NCBI GenBank assembly: GCA_964429215.1 | Contig: CAYSAY010000006.1 | Location: 1 to 55,444, forward strand | Direction: 5' to 3' | Source: an uncultured Gammaproteobacteria bacterium | GTDB lineage: Bacteria; Patescibacteriota; Microgenomatia; UBA8517 | DNA length: 55,444 nucleotides | Shown here: positions 10,495-19,711 of the stretch, in pieces | How the letters are laid out: each line of letters begins with the position of its first letter | Position numbering within the stretch: the first letter of the stretch is position 1 | Notes under the pieces: model-generated | The model's input: only the letters and a program-made list of their open reading frames with translations | The model's database searches: none | Told to the model about the DNA's origin: nothing | Translations under genes and position numbers: made by a program

Positions 10495-10525
10495 CAAAAT
10501 AGTGTATAATTACGGCAGATCATCA

Positions 10526-10581
10526 GGGAGAAACGACCACTTGTCTGTGTGACAATGTGCTACGCCTCCCATTTTATTTTT
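10526..10581 (+). terminator. candidate intrinsic terminator between convergent genes
   Basis: GGGAG (10526-10530) pairs with CTCCC (10566-10570). Inner pairing CAC-TTGTC / GACAA-t-GTG around loop TGTGT. Followed by ATTTTATTTTT (10571-10581). Locally more GC-rich than its surroundings. Confidence 0.5.
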
Positions 10582-10587
10582 CTAGGA

Positions 10588-11115
10588 TTACCTGTATTCA
10601 ACTTTCTCTTTGTCCCTTATTAGAAAAACTTTATGATTTTGGAACTTGTTTAGCAAACTTGATTCTGATTTTCTATTTGGGATTATGATAGATAATAATT
10701 TATTAGATTTTAGTAGAAATTCATGTAAGCAGTAGAAATCTCCATCTCCCGAAACAATTACTGCTTTATTATAATTCTTATATTCAATAGCCGAAGAATG
10801 AAGCACAATCTCTGCATCGATGTTACCTTTCGCAACACCATGGCTGTCCATAACAGTAGGTTTAAAAATTAAAATATATCCATAAGATTTTAATGCATCA
10901 TATAGTTTTTGATTTTGCTTTATATATCCTACAAACAAAAATGCCTTTGATACTTTAAATTTATTCTTTAAATATTTATGAAATTTATTGAAATCTAACT
11001 TCCATCCTTTGTAAATTAGTTTGTTATGCTTAAATATATCTTTTGAAGTTCCTAAATTTAGATTTTGACTGTCAATAAATGCATAGACAATATCTTTTTT
11101 AATTGATTTGGCCAT
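10588..11115 (-). CDS. NYN-domain (LabA-like, PIN-related) putative ribonuclease
   Basis: 175 aa. N-terminal VYAFIDSQNLNLG, central NIDAEIV, and VIVSGDGDFYCL, the acidic-residue pattern typical of NYN domains. Confidence 0.75.
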   Translation of the reverse strand: MAKSIKKDIVYAFIDSQNLNLGTSKDIFKHNKLIYKGWKLDFNKFHKYLKNKFKVSKAFLFVGYIKQNQKLYDALKSYGYILIFKPTVMDSHGVAKGNIDAEIVLHSSAIEYKNYNKAVIVSGDGDFYCLHEFLLKSNKLLSIIIPNRKSESSLLNKFQNHKVFLIRDKEKVEYR

Positions 11116-11154
11116 ATATTAAATATACTCCAACTGTTTCTATTTTGGAAACTG

Positions 11155-11183
11155 TTCACAGATTAATAACGACAGGGTATACT
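11155..11183 (+). promoter_or_regulatory. candidate sigma70-type promoter, leaderless arrangement
   Basis: TTCACA (11155-11160), 17-nt spacer, TATACT (11178-11183), 6 nt, GTG start at 11190. Confidence 0.4.
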
Positions 11184-11189
11184 TGAGTA

Positions 11190-12389
11190 GTGAAAAAGGT
11201 AAATTGGTACATATTAATTCCAATTTTGGCACTGTTTTTGGTTTCTGGTTATTATGTTGTAACTACCAGCAGTTTGGTACGGTTTTGGGCGGATGATTTT
11301 TGTTCTGCAGTATTCTTGAGAAATAATGGCTACTTACAATCACAAATTATGTGGTGGAATGGATGGACCGGCAGGTATTCATATATTGCGTTTCTTGACC
11401 TTGTTCAATTATTTGGTTTAAATGGTGCAAAGATATTACCTATTATTCAATATCTTTTAATTTTTTTAATTGGATTTCCGTATTCGTTAATTTCTATTTT
11501 TTATTTAACAACTTCTCCTAATATTATTCAGACATTTTATTGGATGACAGGATCATTAAATTATTTTGCACCATTTATATTTTTAAATGGATTTTTATTA
11601 CTTTTATTTAAACCTATTCGCAAATGGACTTTGTTTGCTGGTTTTATGACACTTTTAATCTCAACAGGTTTTTCTGAGGCGTTTGGGGTAGCTAATATTT
11701 TGTTGTTATCTCTTCTCTTTTTGATTCTTAAAAATACTGATCAACGAAAGATTCTTATAGTTGGGATAGTATCCACCGTTTTGTCACTTGGCGTAATGTA
11801 CATTGCACCTGGTAACGCTGTGAGAAGTGCTACAGTCAATCATCCTGAAAGTATTGGTGCATTAATAACTAGTACTTTGATTTATTCTAAGTGGTATTTA
11901 ATTCATCTAATGTACATTAAATCTTTTGTTTTATCAGTTTTAGTAGTAATATCTGGAGCATTTGTATTCTTAAAGGCTAAGACTAAATATTTTACTAGTC
12001 CAAAGTTAGTATTACTTTATTCTTCTTTGTTTATGATAGCTGTAACACTTGCAGTTGTTGGCCTTACTTATCAAGCTATGAATTGGGAACCACCAGAAAG
12101 AGTAATGAGTATAGTTAACAATATGATTATTTTGGCTACAGTTATATTTTCTATTGCTTTGTTTCAGATTTTTCAAAATTCAGTTTCAAAAACTTTTTCT
12201 CGATTAGCCTTTGCTGTTTTAGTTCTGCTACTTACTTATTCTGTTAGTCTTGATTGGGGAAAGGTAAAGAATGAACTTAAAGTATCAGCTAATTCCCCAA
12301 CTCACATGGCTGTGGGTAAACTTGATGGATTAACCGAAAATAATGGATGGGTGGCAACATGTATAGCAGGATACAATAAATTAGACTAA
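11190..12389 (+). CDS. polytopic membrane protein, GT-C-like candidate (GTG start)
   Basis: 399 aa with about 10 hydrophobic segments. Early loop motif RFWADDFCS. Glycan-locus context. Confidence 0.45.
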   Translation: MKKVNWYILIPILALFLVSGYYVVTTSSLVRFWADDFCSAVFLRNNGYLQSQIMWWNGWTGRYSYIAFLDLVQLFGLNGAKILPIIQYLLIFLIGFPYSLISIFYLTTSPNIIQTFYWMTGSLNYFAPFIFLNGFLLLLFKPIRKWTLFAGFMTLLISTGFSEAFGVANILLLSLLFLILKNTDQRKILIVGIVSTVLSLGVMYIAPGNAVRSATVNHPESIGALITSTLIYSKWYLIHLMYIKSFVLSVLVVISGAFVFLKAKTKYFTSPKLVLLYSSLFMIAVTLAVVGLTYQAMNWEPPERVMSIVNNMIILATVIFSIALFQIFQNSVSKTFSRLAFAVLVLLLTYSVSLDWGKVKNELKVSANSPTHMAVGKLDGLTENNGWVATCIAGYNKLD

Positions 12390-12399
12390 AATATATCTA

Positions 12400-13677
12400 G
12401 TGCAAAAATATATAGAAAAGGCTAGAAACATAGTATTCTCTGGAACGGCAAAAGACACCTATGTTTTGTTTTTAGGGAACTTATTTTCAGCCTTTTGGGG
12501 ATTTGTTTTTACTGTATTTGTCTCCCGTGAATTGAGCCGAAATGATTTTGGAGTTTTTTCTGCCGCTTTAAATTTAGTTATCATTTTATCTTCACTTGCA
12601 GATATTGGCATAACTTCTGGACTTGTAAATTTTGTTTCTAAGAACTCTAATGCAGGGGAGGAAGCACTTTCTCATAAATATGAAAAAGCAGGGCTTGTGA
12701 TTAGGCTTGTGATGATTACATTACTTTCTGGAATCGTAATTATATTTGCTCCATTTATATCTAAATCTATGCTTGCAACTACTGACCCAATGGTTGCTAT
12801 TTGGGCATCAATAATTTCTTTTGTTTTGTTTGTACCTATGTATTTCCCTTCAGTATTGCAAGCAAAGCGAAAATTTTTGAAATCTGTAATTGTTGATAAT
12901 TTATATTATATATTTAGGCTTGTTGCCTTATTTGGTTTTATTTATTTTGGAACCATAAGCCTATACATTGCATTTTCAACTGCAATATTTGGGTTTGTTG
13001 TAAGTTTAGTTGTCAGTTTTGTGTTTTTGGGTGTTAAGTTTTTGAAATCAAAACCTGACTTTAATATTTATAAAGAACTGATTAAGTTTTCTGGTTGGAT
13101 TGGTGTTAATAGGATTATTTCATCAGTATCTGGGAGACTTGATATACAAATGCTTGCATCTATCGCAGGAGCTACTGCTACTGCACTTTACTCAATTCCT
13201 TCAAGGCTTTCATCATTTATTGTAATTTTAACTTCGAGCTTTTCTGCAGTTCTTGCACCTAGGTTTGCTGCATTTCAAAACAAAGAGCAAGAAAAAAAAT
13301 ATTTAGTTAAAGCTTCTTTTGCATTGATTCCAATTATTTTAATTACTATCCTCTGGGTAATATTTGCAAAACCATTTATGTTTATACTTTTTCCTAATTA
13401 TATGGATTCTGTGCCGATATTTCAGGCTTTAACCTTATCTATGATTCCATTTATTTTAACTGCACCATCTGTTGCTGCAATTATTTATGCTATGAGAAAG
13501 AATGTTTATATTGGAGCATTTAGTTTCTTTCAGATTGTAATAATATTTTTACTTAATTCTTATTTTATTCCAAAGTATGGTCCTATTGGCCCAACAGTAA
13601 CTTATGGAATAACAAATACTATTCTTGCTGTATATACTTGGGTAATTGTAATTAAATATTATTGGTATCAAAAGTAG
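12400..13677 (+). CDS. Wzx-like oligosaccharide/polysaccharide flippase (MOP superfamily; GTG start)
   Basis: 425 aa with about 12 TM segments. The N-terminal region (VSRELSRNDFGVFSAALNL) is typical of polysaccharide biosynthesis (Polysacc_synt) proteins. Confidence 0.7.
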   Translation: MQKYIEKARNIVFSGTAKDTYVLFLGNLFSAFWGFVFTVFVSRELSRNDFGVFSAALNLVIILSSLADIGITSGLVNFVSKNSNAGEEALSHKYEKAGLVIRLVMITLLSGIVIIFAPFISKSMLATTDPMVAIWASIISFVLFVPMYFPSVLQAKRKFLKSVIVDNLYYIFRLVALFGFIYFGTISLYIAFSTAIFGFVVSLVVSFVFLGVKFLKSKPDFNIYKELIKFSGWIGVNRIISSVSGRLDIQMLASIAGATATALYSIPSRLSSFIVILTSSFSAVLAPRFAAFQNKEQEKKYLVKASFALIPIILITILWVIFAKPFMFILFPNYMDSVPIFQALTLSMIPFILTAPSVAAIIYAMRKNVYIGAFSFFQIVIIFLLNSYFIPKYGPIGPTVTYGITNTILAVYTWVIVIKYYWYQK

Positions 13678-15524
13678 TTTTGTAACCACAGTTCAAGCAT
13701 CAAAAGATTCCACTTTTTATTATTAGAGTTAAGTTCTATTTCGCTTATATTGATAAATTCATTTAATTTAGACTTTTTGTTTAAAACGGTTTTGTTAAAG
13801 TAACTATTTAAATCACCTTTGAACCAATCTTCAAGAGAAATGGTAAATCCCATCTTTGGTCTATACAAATTTTCTTTTGGTACAATTTTTTCGAGTGCTT
13901 TTTTAAATATGTATTTTGATTCGCCACCTTTAACCTTTAAGTTAAATGGAATTTGACATCCTAATTCAATCATTTTATGGTCTAATAGTGGAGACCTTGT
14001 CTCTAAACTATTTGCCATACTTGCGATATCCATTTTTGTTAGTAGTTGATCTGGGAGAAAATATAATAGATCAAATTTTAAGCCAGCATCTTTTAAATCT
14101 TTCCCTTTAAATTCATTAAATGTTTTTCTTACGTATTTGTATAAATTTTTGTTGGTGTGTGTTTTAGAAAATGGAACGTTAGACATCTTAATTATTTCGT
14201 CTATTGGGAATACTTGGTTGTAGGATACAAATTTTTCATATAACGGCAGTTTTGATTTGTTTACAAAATTTTCAAATTTACTTAAATATTTATTATCAGA
14301 AATGGATGTCAGAATTTTAATTCCTCCTGCAGCTGCTGGTCTTAAATTATTGATCCAAAAATTAAAATCTACGTCTCTTTTCAATCTCTCATATCTATTT
14401 GGATAACCTGCAAAATTTTCGTCTCCTCCGTCTCCATTTAAAATTACTTTAACATGCTTTCTTGCTTCTTTACATATCATAGTTGAAACAAGTGAGCTAT
14501 TGTCAGAGAATGGTTCTTCATACTGATATGCAATTTCTGGTAAATGATTTATATCAGTTGGTTTAGCTAGAATTTCTGTGTGATCAGTATGATATTTTTT
14601 ACTTATATTCCTTGCATATTTTTCCTCACTCCATTTTTTATTTTGATATTTAATAGTAAATGTTTTAATTTTAGATTCAGAGTTTAATGCCATCATTGCA
14701 ACAACTGCGCTAGAGTCAACTCCACCTGATAGAAAGGCACCAATTGGGACATCAGATATCATTCTTAGTTTCGTAGATTCTTCTAGAGTTTCTAAAATTT
14801 TACTAGACCAATCATTTTCACTAAGGTTCAATTTATTTTCAAATGATGGTTCCCAATATTTTTTGTTAATAAATATTTTTCTTTTAATGTCGATTTTTAT
14901 ATAATGGCCCGGTTCTAGTTTGTTTATGTTTTTAAATCCTGTTAGTGGTGCTGGAACATATCCGTAAAGAAAATATTTTTGAATAGCTAGACTGTCAGGT
15001 GTTGCTGTTACTTCTGATTGCGATAGAATTGCCTTTAGCTCTGATGAAAAAATAAAACAATTTTCGTCACGATAATATTTTAGTGGCTTTTTTCCAATTC
15101 TGTCCCGTGCTAAAAAAATTGTTTCTTCGTGAGTATCATACACTGCAAATGCAAACATTCCTCGCATGTGGTCTACACATTTTTCTTTGTATTTAGCGTA
15201 AAGAGCAAGTATTACTTCTGTATCTGAATTAGAATTAAATTTATAACCTAATTTAATTAACTTATCTTTTTCCTCTTGAAAATTATATATTTCATTATTT
15301 GAAACCAATACGTACCTATCAATGTAGCTCATTGGTTGATTGCCTTTTTTACTTAGATCAATTATTGCTAGTCTGTTGTGTCCGAATCCTACATTTTTTG
15401 TTCTGGAAATGTAATAACCTGTAGAGTCGGGACCCCTATGGTCAATTTTATTTGTCATTTGTTGGAGTTGATACTTTGTTACTTCGTTACTATTAAAGTA
15501 TATTTTTCCTGATATTCCACACAT
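13668..15524 (-). CDS. AsnB-family glutamine-dependent amidotransferase (asparagine synthase-like)
   Basis: 618 aa. N-terminal MCGISG (Cys2 Ntn nucleophile). PP-loop FLSGGVDSSAV. Typical length. Confidence 0.9.
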   Translation of the reverse strand: MCGISGKIYFNSNEVTKYQLQQMTNKIDHRGPDSTGYYISRTKNVGFGHNRLAIIDLSKKGNQPMSYIDRYVLVSNNEIYNFQEEKDKLIKLGYKFNSNSDTEVILALYAKYKEKCVDHMRGMFAFAVYDTHEETIFLARDRIGKKPLKYYRDENCFIFSSELKAILSQSEVTATPDSLAIQKYFLYGYVPAPLTGFKNINKLEPGHYIKIDIKRKIFINKKYWEPSFENKLNLSENDWSSKILETLEESTKLRMISDVPIGAFLSGGVDSSAVVAMMALNSESKIKTFTIKYQNKKWSEEKYARNISKKYHTDHTEILAKPTDINHLPEIAYQYEEPFSDNSSLVSTMICKEARKHVKVILNGDGGDENFAGYPNRYERLKRDVDFNFWINNLRPAAAGGIKILTSISDNKYLSKFENFVNKSKLPLYEKFVSYNQVFPIDEIIKMSNVPFSKTHTNKNLYKYVRKTFNEFKGKDLKDAGLKFDLLYFLPDQLLTKMDIASMANSLETRSPLLDHKMIELGCQIPFNLKVKGGESKYIFKKALEKIVPKENLYRPKMGFTISLEDWFKGDLNSYFNKTVLNKKSKLNEFINISEIELNSNNKKWNLLMLELWLQNYF

Positions 15525-15563
15525 GACTGTTATTTTAAAACATTTGGGTTAAAATTAAAGCAG

Positions 15564-16403
15564 ATGAAAATATTTGCTCATACTTTGTTTAAAAATAGTG
15601 AGAAGTGGCTTTGGTACTCAGTAACCTCTGTGATTGACCATGTGGATAAACTTCTTCTTTGGGATACTGGATCAACTGATAATTCCTGGGAGATTGCAAA
15701 AGTTCTTAAGGCAAAATACAAAGATAAAATTGATCTTAAGCAGTATGGCGAAGTAACATCTGAAACCTTTCCAATTGCTAGGCAGGCGATGTTAGATGTA
15801 ACTGATGCTGATTGGTTTATTGTTGTTGATGATGATGAAATTTGGTGGAAGGAATCGATACAAAAGTTAATACAGTGTATCAAAAGTACCAAAAGTATCA
15901 AAGGTGTTGATTGCATCGTTGTTCCTACAATTAATTTAGTTGGGGATGTCTATCATAAATTGCCTGAAGGTGCTGGAAGGTACAAATTTGGTAATAAGGT
16001 AGGACATTATAATTTACGAGCAGTTAGAAGAAATATAGAAGGATTACATTCTGCAGGTCTCCATGGTGTATGGGGCTGGGCTGATAAAAATGGAAAACAG
16101 ATTCAAGAAAGAAATACTTTTGAAATTATTGACGCCTCTTATTTACATACTACATTTTTGCCACGGTCAAATGATGTTAAAGATATTAATAATGTTCCCA
16201 AAAGATTTAAAAAAATAAAATATGAAATTGGTGAAGAATTTTCAAAAGATTTTTATTACCCTGAAGTATTTTTTTGCGATAAACCTGATTTAGTTCCTAG
16301 CCTTTGGCAAAGAATGGATTTTTCATTTTGGTTAAAATCTTTAGTTCTTACTCCACTTAGGAAATTAAAAAGAAAATTTGTAACGGGAAAGGTCGGTTAC
16401 TAA
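15564..16403 (+). CDS. GT-A fold glycosyltransferase (family 2-like)
   Basis: 279 aa. LLWDTGSTDNSWEI and FIVVDDDEIWW (DxD-type motif). TAATG overlap with the downstream GT-C-like gene. Confidence 0.65.
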   Translation: MKIFAHTLFKNSEKWLWYSVTSVIDHVDKLLLWDTGSTDNSWEIAKVLKAKYKDKIDLKQYGEVTSETFPIARQAMLDVTDADWFIVVDDDEIWWKESIQKLIQCIKSTKSIKGVDCIVVPTINLVGDVYHKLPEGAGRYKFGNKVGHYNLRAVRRNIEGLHSAGLHGVWGWADKNGKQIQERNTFEIIDASYLHTTFLPRSNDVKDINNVPKRFKKIKYEIGEEFSKDFYYPEVFFCDKPDLVPSLWQRMDFSFWLKSLVLTPLRKLKRKFVTGKVGY

Positions 16404-17569
16404 TGTTTAAAAACAAAAAAGTGTTAGTTTATTTACTGTTATTAGTATTAGTAAGTTTAGGTCATTTAATTTTTGTGTTTCGTACAAATACATTTTTCTC
16501 AATTGATGATTTTTTTGAAATAGCATATTTTAGAAACCATTCCATCTTGCAATTCGTTCCAGACTTTTTGGTCCATGGTGATATAAATGAATTTACAAGG
16601 ATTGTGGGGTTTGTTGCATTTGCTTTATTGCAAAAAGTATTTGGTATTAACCATATAGCATTTGATGTAGCCATGTTTGCTACTCATACAATTAATTTAG
16701 TTTTGTTGTTTTTTGTTGTTCGTAAATTAACTAAAAATGATTTTGCATCTTTTTTTGTAAGTTTGATATTTAATAAAAATTATTTATTTTATTATTCTAA
16801 TATTCATGAAAATCTACTTGCAACTTTTTGTATCTTAACAATATTTTTCTTTTTGTATTACCCTAAGAAGTTTTATTTAAGTGTAATTTCATTTGTTTTG
16901 GCATTATTTAGTAAAGAAACTGCAGTTACATTACCACTCGTGCTTTTTGCTATTTCTTTGTTTTACAAATTGGAACGTAAGAAGATATTCTATCTGTTGT
17001 TAATTTCTGGGCTCTTTGCAATTTATGCTGGTTATTTTTTTGTAACCAAAAAAGTTCTTGGAGACAATTTTGTATACACTCCTGCCTCGAGAATAGTTGA
17101 TTTATTTAGGGGATATTTATATTTTATTGATTACAAAATAATTGCACTTTGTGTAGGCCTTGCAATTTATTATAAAAAATATAAATTATTGCCTTTGTTT
17201 TTAACTGTTTTTATAACCTTAACTCCTGCATCAATGCTAGTGAATAGACGAGAGATGTATTATGTTTACATGCCATTTTTATATTTAATGATTTTCCTAT
17301 CAATGTTACTTCCAAAATTAAACATAAAGACATCAATTTTGTATATATTAGTATTTTTTATATTTGGTGGAAGATCAATCCTTCCTAGAATTGCATGGCA
17401 AAACTTCCCTAATTGGCAAAAGGTGTCAATGTATAGTGTTATGGACAGGGTGGAGAGTGGCAGTAATGACTTTTCTGATTTAAACTTAGAAAGAGATGCA
17501 AAATCTATGATAGGTTCTGGTACAACTGATTTATTTATCGAACAAAGAAGAAAGGAAAGAAATGATTAA
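16403..17569 (+). CDS. polytopic membrane protein, GT-C-like candidate
   Basis: 388 aa. Early motif FFSIDDFFEIAYF, many hydrophobic segments, short soluble tail. Confidence 0.5.
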   Translation: MFKNKKVLVYLLLLVLVSLGHLIFVFRTNTFFSIDDFFEIAYFRNHSILQFVPDFLVHGDINEFTRIVGFVAFALLQKVFGINHIAFDVAMFATHTINLVLLFFVVRKLTKNDFASFFVSLIFNKNYLFYYSNIHENLLATFCILTIFFFLYYPKKFYLSVISFVLALFSKETAVTLPLVLFAISLFYKLERKKIFYLLLISGLFAIYAGYFFVTKKVLGDNFVYTPASRIVDLFRGYLYFIDYKIIALCVGLAIYYKKYKLLPLFLTVFITLTPASMLVNRREMYYVYMPFLYLMIFLSMLLPKLNIKTSILYILVFFIFGGRSILPRIAWQNFPNWQKVSMYSVMDRVESGSNDFSDLNLERDAKSMIGSGTTDLFIEQRRKERND

Positions 17570-18791
17570 TTTCACCGCTTGGCCTGAAATGCTTGCATGG
17601 CCTTATTTAATGCTTAATGGATGGTTACCATATAGGGATATTGCAATTGCACATAATCCACTTTTGCTTTTTGATTTGGTTATTTTTTTCAAATTATTTG
17701 GAGTGGGAATAATGCAACTTAAAATTTATACCTGGATTTTAATTGCGTTTAATACATGGCTCACCTTTTTTGTAACCAAAAAGTTTTGGTCTCAAAAAAT
17801 AGGATTACTTACGTCAGTATTATATATATTGTTTTGTATTATTTATCAAGGTAATGGATTATGGTTTGACTTGGCATTAACTCCTTTTGCATTGCTTCTG
17901 TATTTATTTGTCCGTGAGAAAAAATATGCTTATGCTGGTTTAATTTTTGCTCTGGGATTTTTGACGAAGCAAACGTTTGTATATTTCGCATTGCCGGTGG
18001 CAATTGCGATAGTACAAAGTACAGAGTACAAAGTACTTAGAATAAAACAATTTTTACTAGGTGGATTTCCTGTTGCTGTGATCTTTGCTTTAATTTTATC
18101 TATTTTTGGAATATTGGATGATTATTATAATTGGGCAATTAAATTTGGAATTTTCTATTTACCTAATGCGGATGGTCAAATTTTATTACCGAACTTAAAA
18201 CAATTCATTTTTGCAATTTCTCCTTTTGGCGTTTTAATTTTTAATTCTGAACTATTAATTATTACTTTTGCGCTTGTTGGTGCTCTAGGCGTTTATCCTA
18301 GATGGGAGTTGTTTCATTTTCAACCTGCCTTGCCGTTTCTGTCGATTGTTTTAGCTTCTTTTGTTTATTCAAAGAGAAATATTTTTTTAAATAGTCTAAT
18401 AATAGTATGTAGTATGTTGTATGTTGTATATGGGGTAGGTAGACAACTGGGGGTAAATACAAGATTTTTCGAGCCAGAAGTTCAAAAGGTAACTTCTGAA
18501 ATTACTAAACACAAACCGCTAGTTTCTAATATCTATGTAATTAACTATTGGGATAATGTATATGCGTTGACTAATACATTTCCTAATAGTCCATTAATTC
18601 CTTATATTCCTTGGTATTTAGATTATCAGGGAAGTAAACAAAGTATCCTTGATGGATTGAAAGCTAAATCTCCTGAGTTAATAGTAATTGGTGAGAGAGA
18701 TAAAATTTTTCCTGAATTGTACATTTTTGTAGACAATTACTATTCGTGTAATGTGGTTGAAAAGAAGGTAGAATTGTGTGAGAAAAATTAA
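17562..18791 (+). CDS. polytopic membrane protein, GT-C-like candidate
   Basis: 409 aa. Early motif GWLPYRDIAIAHNPL, multiple TM segments, soluble C-terminal domain of about 110 aa. Confidence 0.5.
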   Translation: MINFTAWPEMLAWPYLMLNGWLPYRDIAIAHNPLLLFDLVIFFKLFGVGIMQLKIYTWILIAFNTWLTFFVTKKFWSQKIGLLTSVLYILFCIIYQGNGLWFDLALTPFALLLYLFVREKKYAYAGLIFALGFLTKQTFVYFALPVAIAIVQSTEYKVLRIKQFLLGGFPVAVIFALILSIFGILDDYYNWAIKFGIFYLPNADGQILLPNLKQFIFAISPFGVLIFNSELLIITFALVGALGVYPRWELFHFQPALPFLSIVLASFVYSKRNIFLNSLIIVCSMLYVVYGVGRQLGVNTRFFEPEVQKVTSEITKHKPLVSNIYVINYWDNVYALTNTFPNSPLIPYIPWYLDYQGSKQSILDGLKAKSPELIVIGERDKIFPELYIFVDNYYSCNVVEKKVELCEKN

Positions 18792-18796
18792 AAACT

Positions 18797-19711
18797 ATGA
18801 AGATTGCAATTGTTAATAAATATCAATTTAAAGTAAATAGAGGTGCGGAGACTTATGTCGCTGAACTTGCCAAAAGATTATCACAAAAACATGAGGTGGA
18901 TATATTAACGAGAATAAACTGGCAAAAAAAATATGATGTTGTTATTCCTACTAATGGCAGGTTACAAGTTTTTTTGACGAGATTGTTTACATGGCTTACT
19001 GGTGCAAAGATGGTTGTTTCTGGTCAGTCGGGGATTGGTTGGGATGATAGGTTAAACCTTTATGCTATGCCTAATGCTTTTGTTGCACTATCTACAAAGG
19101 CTCTTGATTGGGCAAAAAAAGTTAATCCTTTAATAAATTCAGTATATATTCCAAATGGTGCTGATCTTGATCGTTTTACCACTAAACCAACGACTAAAAG
19201 CCAAAAGCTAAAGACCATTCTTTCTGTCGGAGCGTTTACTGAGCAAAAAAGGCATGAGTTGGTTATAAAAGCTGTGGCTAAACTTAAAAATGTAAAATTG
19301 ATTATTGCTGGAGGTGGGGGAGATAAATTGGAAGATATAAAGATATTAGGTGAACAGTTATTAGGTAAAAACAATTTTGAAATAATTCAGACTACTAATG
19401 ATAAAATGCCTGATATTTACAATAGAGCTGATATTTTTACTTTAGCATCAAACCCATCTGAATCATTTGGAATTGTTTTAGTTGAGGCTATGGCATCTAA
19501 TCTTCCTGTTGTTGCTACTGATGATCCAGTCAGAAAAGAAATTGTGGGGGAAGCTGGTTTGTTTATTGATCCTACCAAAACAAAAGAATACTCAAAGGCT
19601 TTGGAAAAAGCATTGAATACCAATTGGAGAGAAAAGCCAAGAAAACAGGCAGAAAAATTTGATTGGGATAATATAGCAAATCAATATGAAGAACTATTTA
19701 CTACTATTTAG
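18797..19711 (+). CDS. GT-B fold glycosyltransferase (family 4-like, short)
   Basis: 304 aa. LSVGAFTEQKRHEL...LASNPSESFGIVLVEAMASNLPVVATDD...AGLFIDP. Confidence 0.8.
   Translation: MKIAIVNKYQFKVNRGAETYVAELAKRLSQKHEVDILTRINWQKKYDVVIPTNGRLQVFLTRLFTWLTGAKMVVSGQSGIGWDDRLNLYAMPNAFVALSTKALDWAKKVNPLINSVYIPNGADLDRFTTKPTTKSQKLKTILSVGAFTEQKRHELVIKAVAKLKNVKLIIAGGGGDKLEDIKILGEQLLGKNNFEIIQTTNDKMPDIYNRADIFTLASNPSESFGIVLVEAMASNLPVVATDDPVRKEIVGEAGLFIDPTKTKEYSKALEKALNTNWREKPRKQAEKFDWDNIANQYEELFTTI

Noticed and set aside
10491-10510. TTGACA ... TATAAT pair immediately after the 9052..10494 stop codon, which might drive a small RNA covering 10517..10581.
   Set aside because: The spacer between the hexamers is only 8 nt, so this is not a functional sigma70 geometry. 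The downstream hairpin plus T-run is explained more simply as the terminator of the upstream gene. An sRNA cannot be excluded without expression data.
18011-18038. Near-tandem 14-nt unit AGTACAAAGTACAG / AGTACAAAGTACTT containing four GTAC palindromes within 28 nt, inside the GT-C-like ORF 17562..18791.
   Set aside because: It is short, lies inside a coding region (encoding VQSTEYKVL), and its 14-nt period is not a multiple of 3. There is no second copy elsewhere in the window. It is most likely a chance or slippage feature without independent function.
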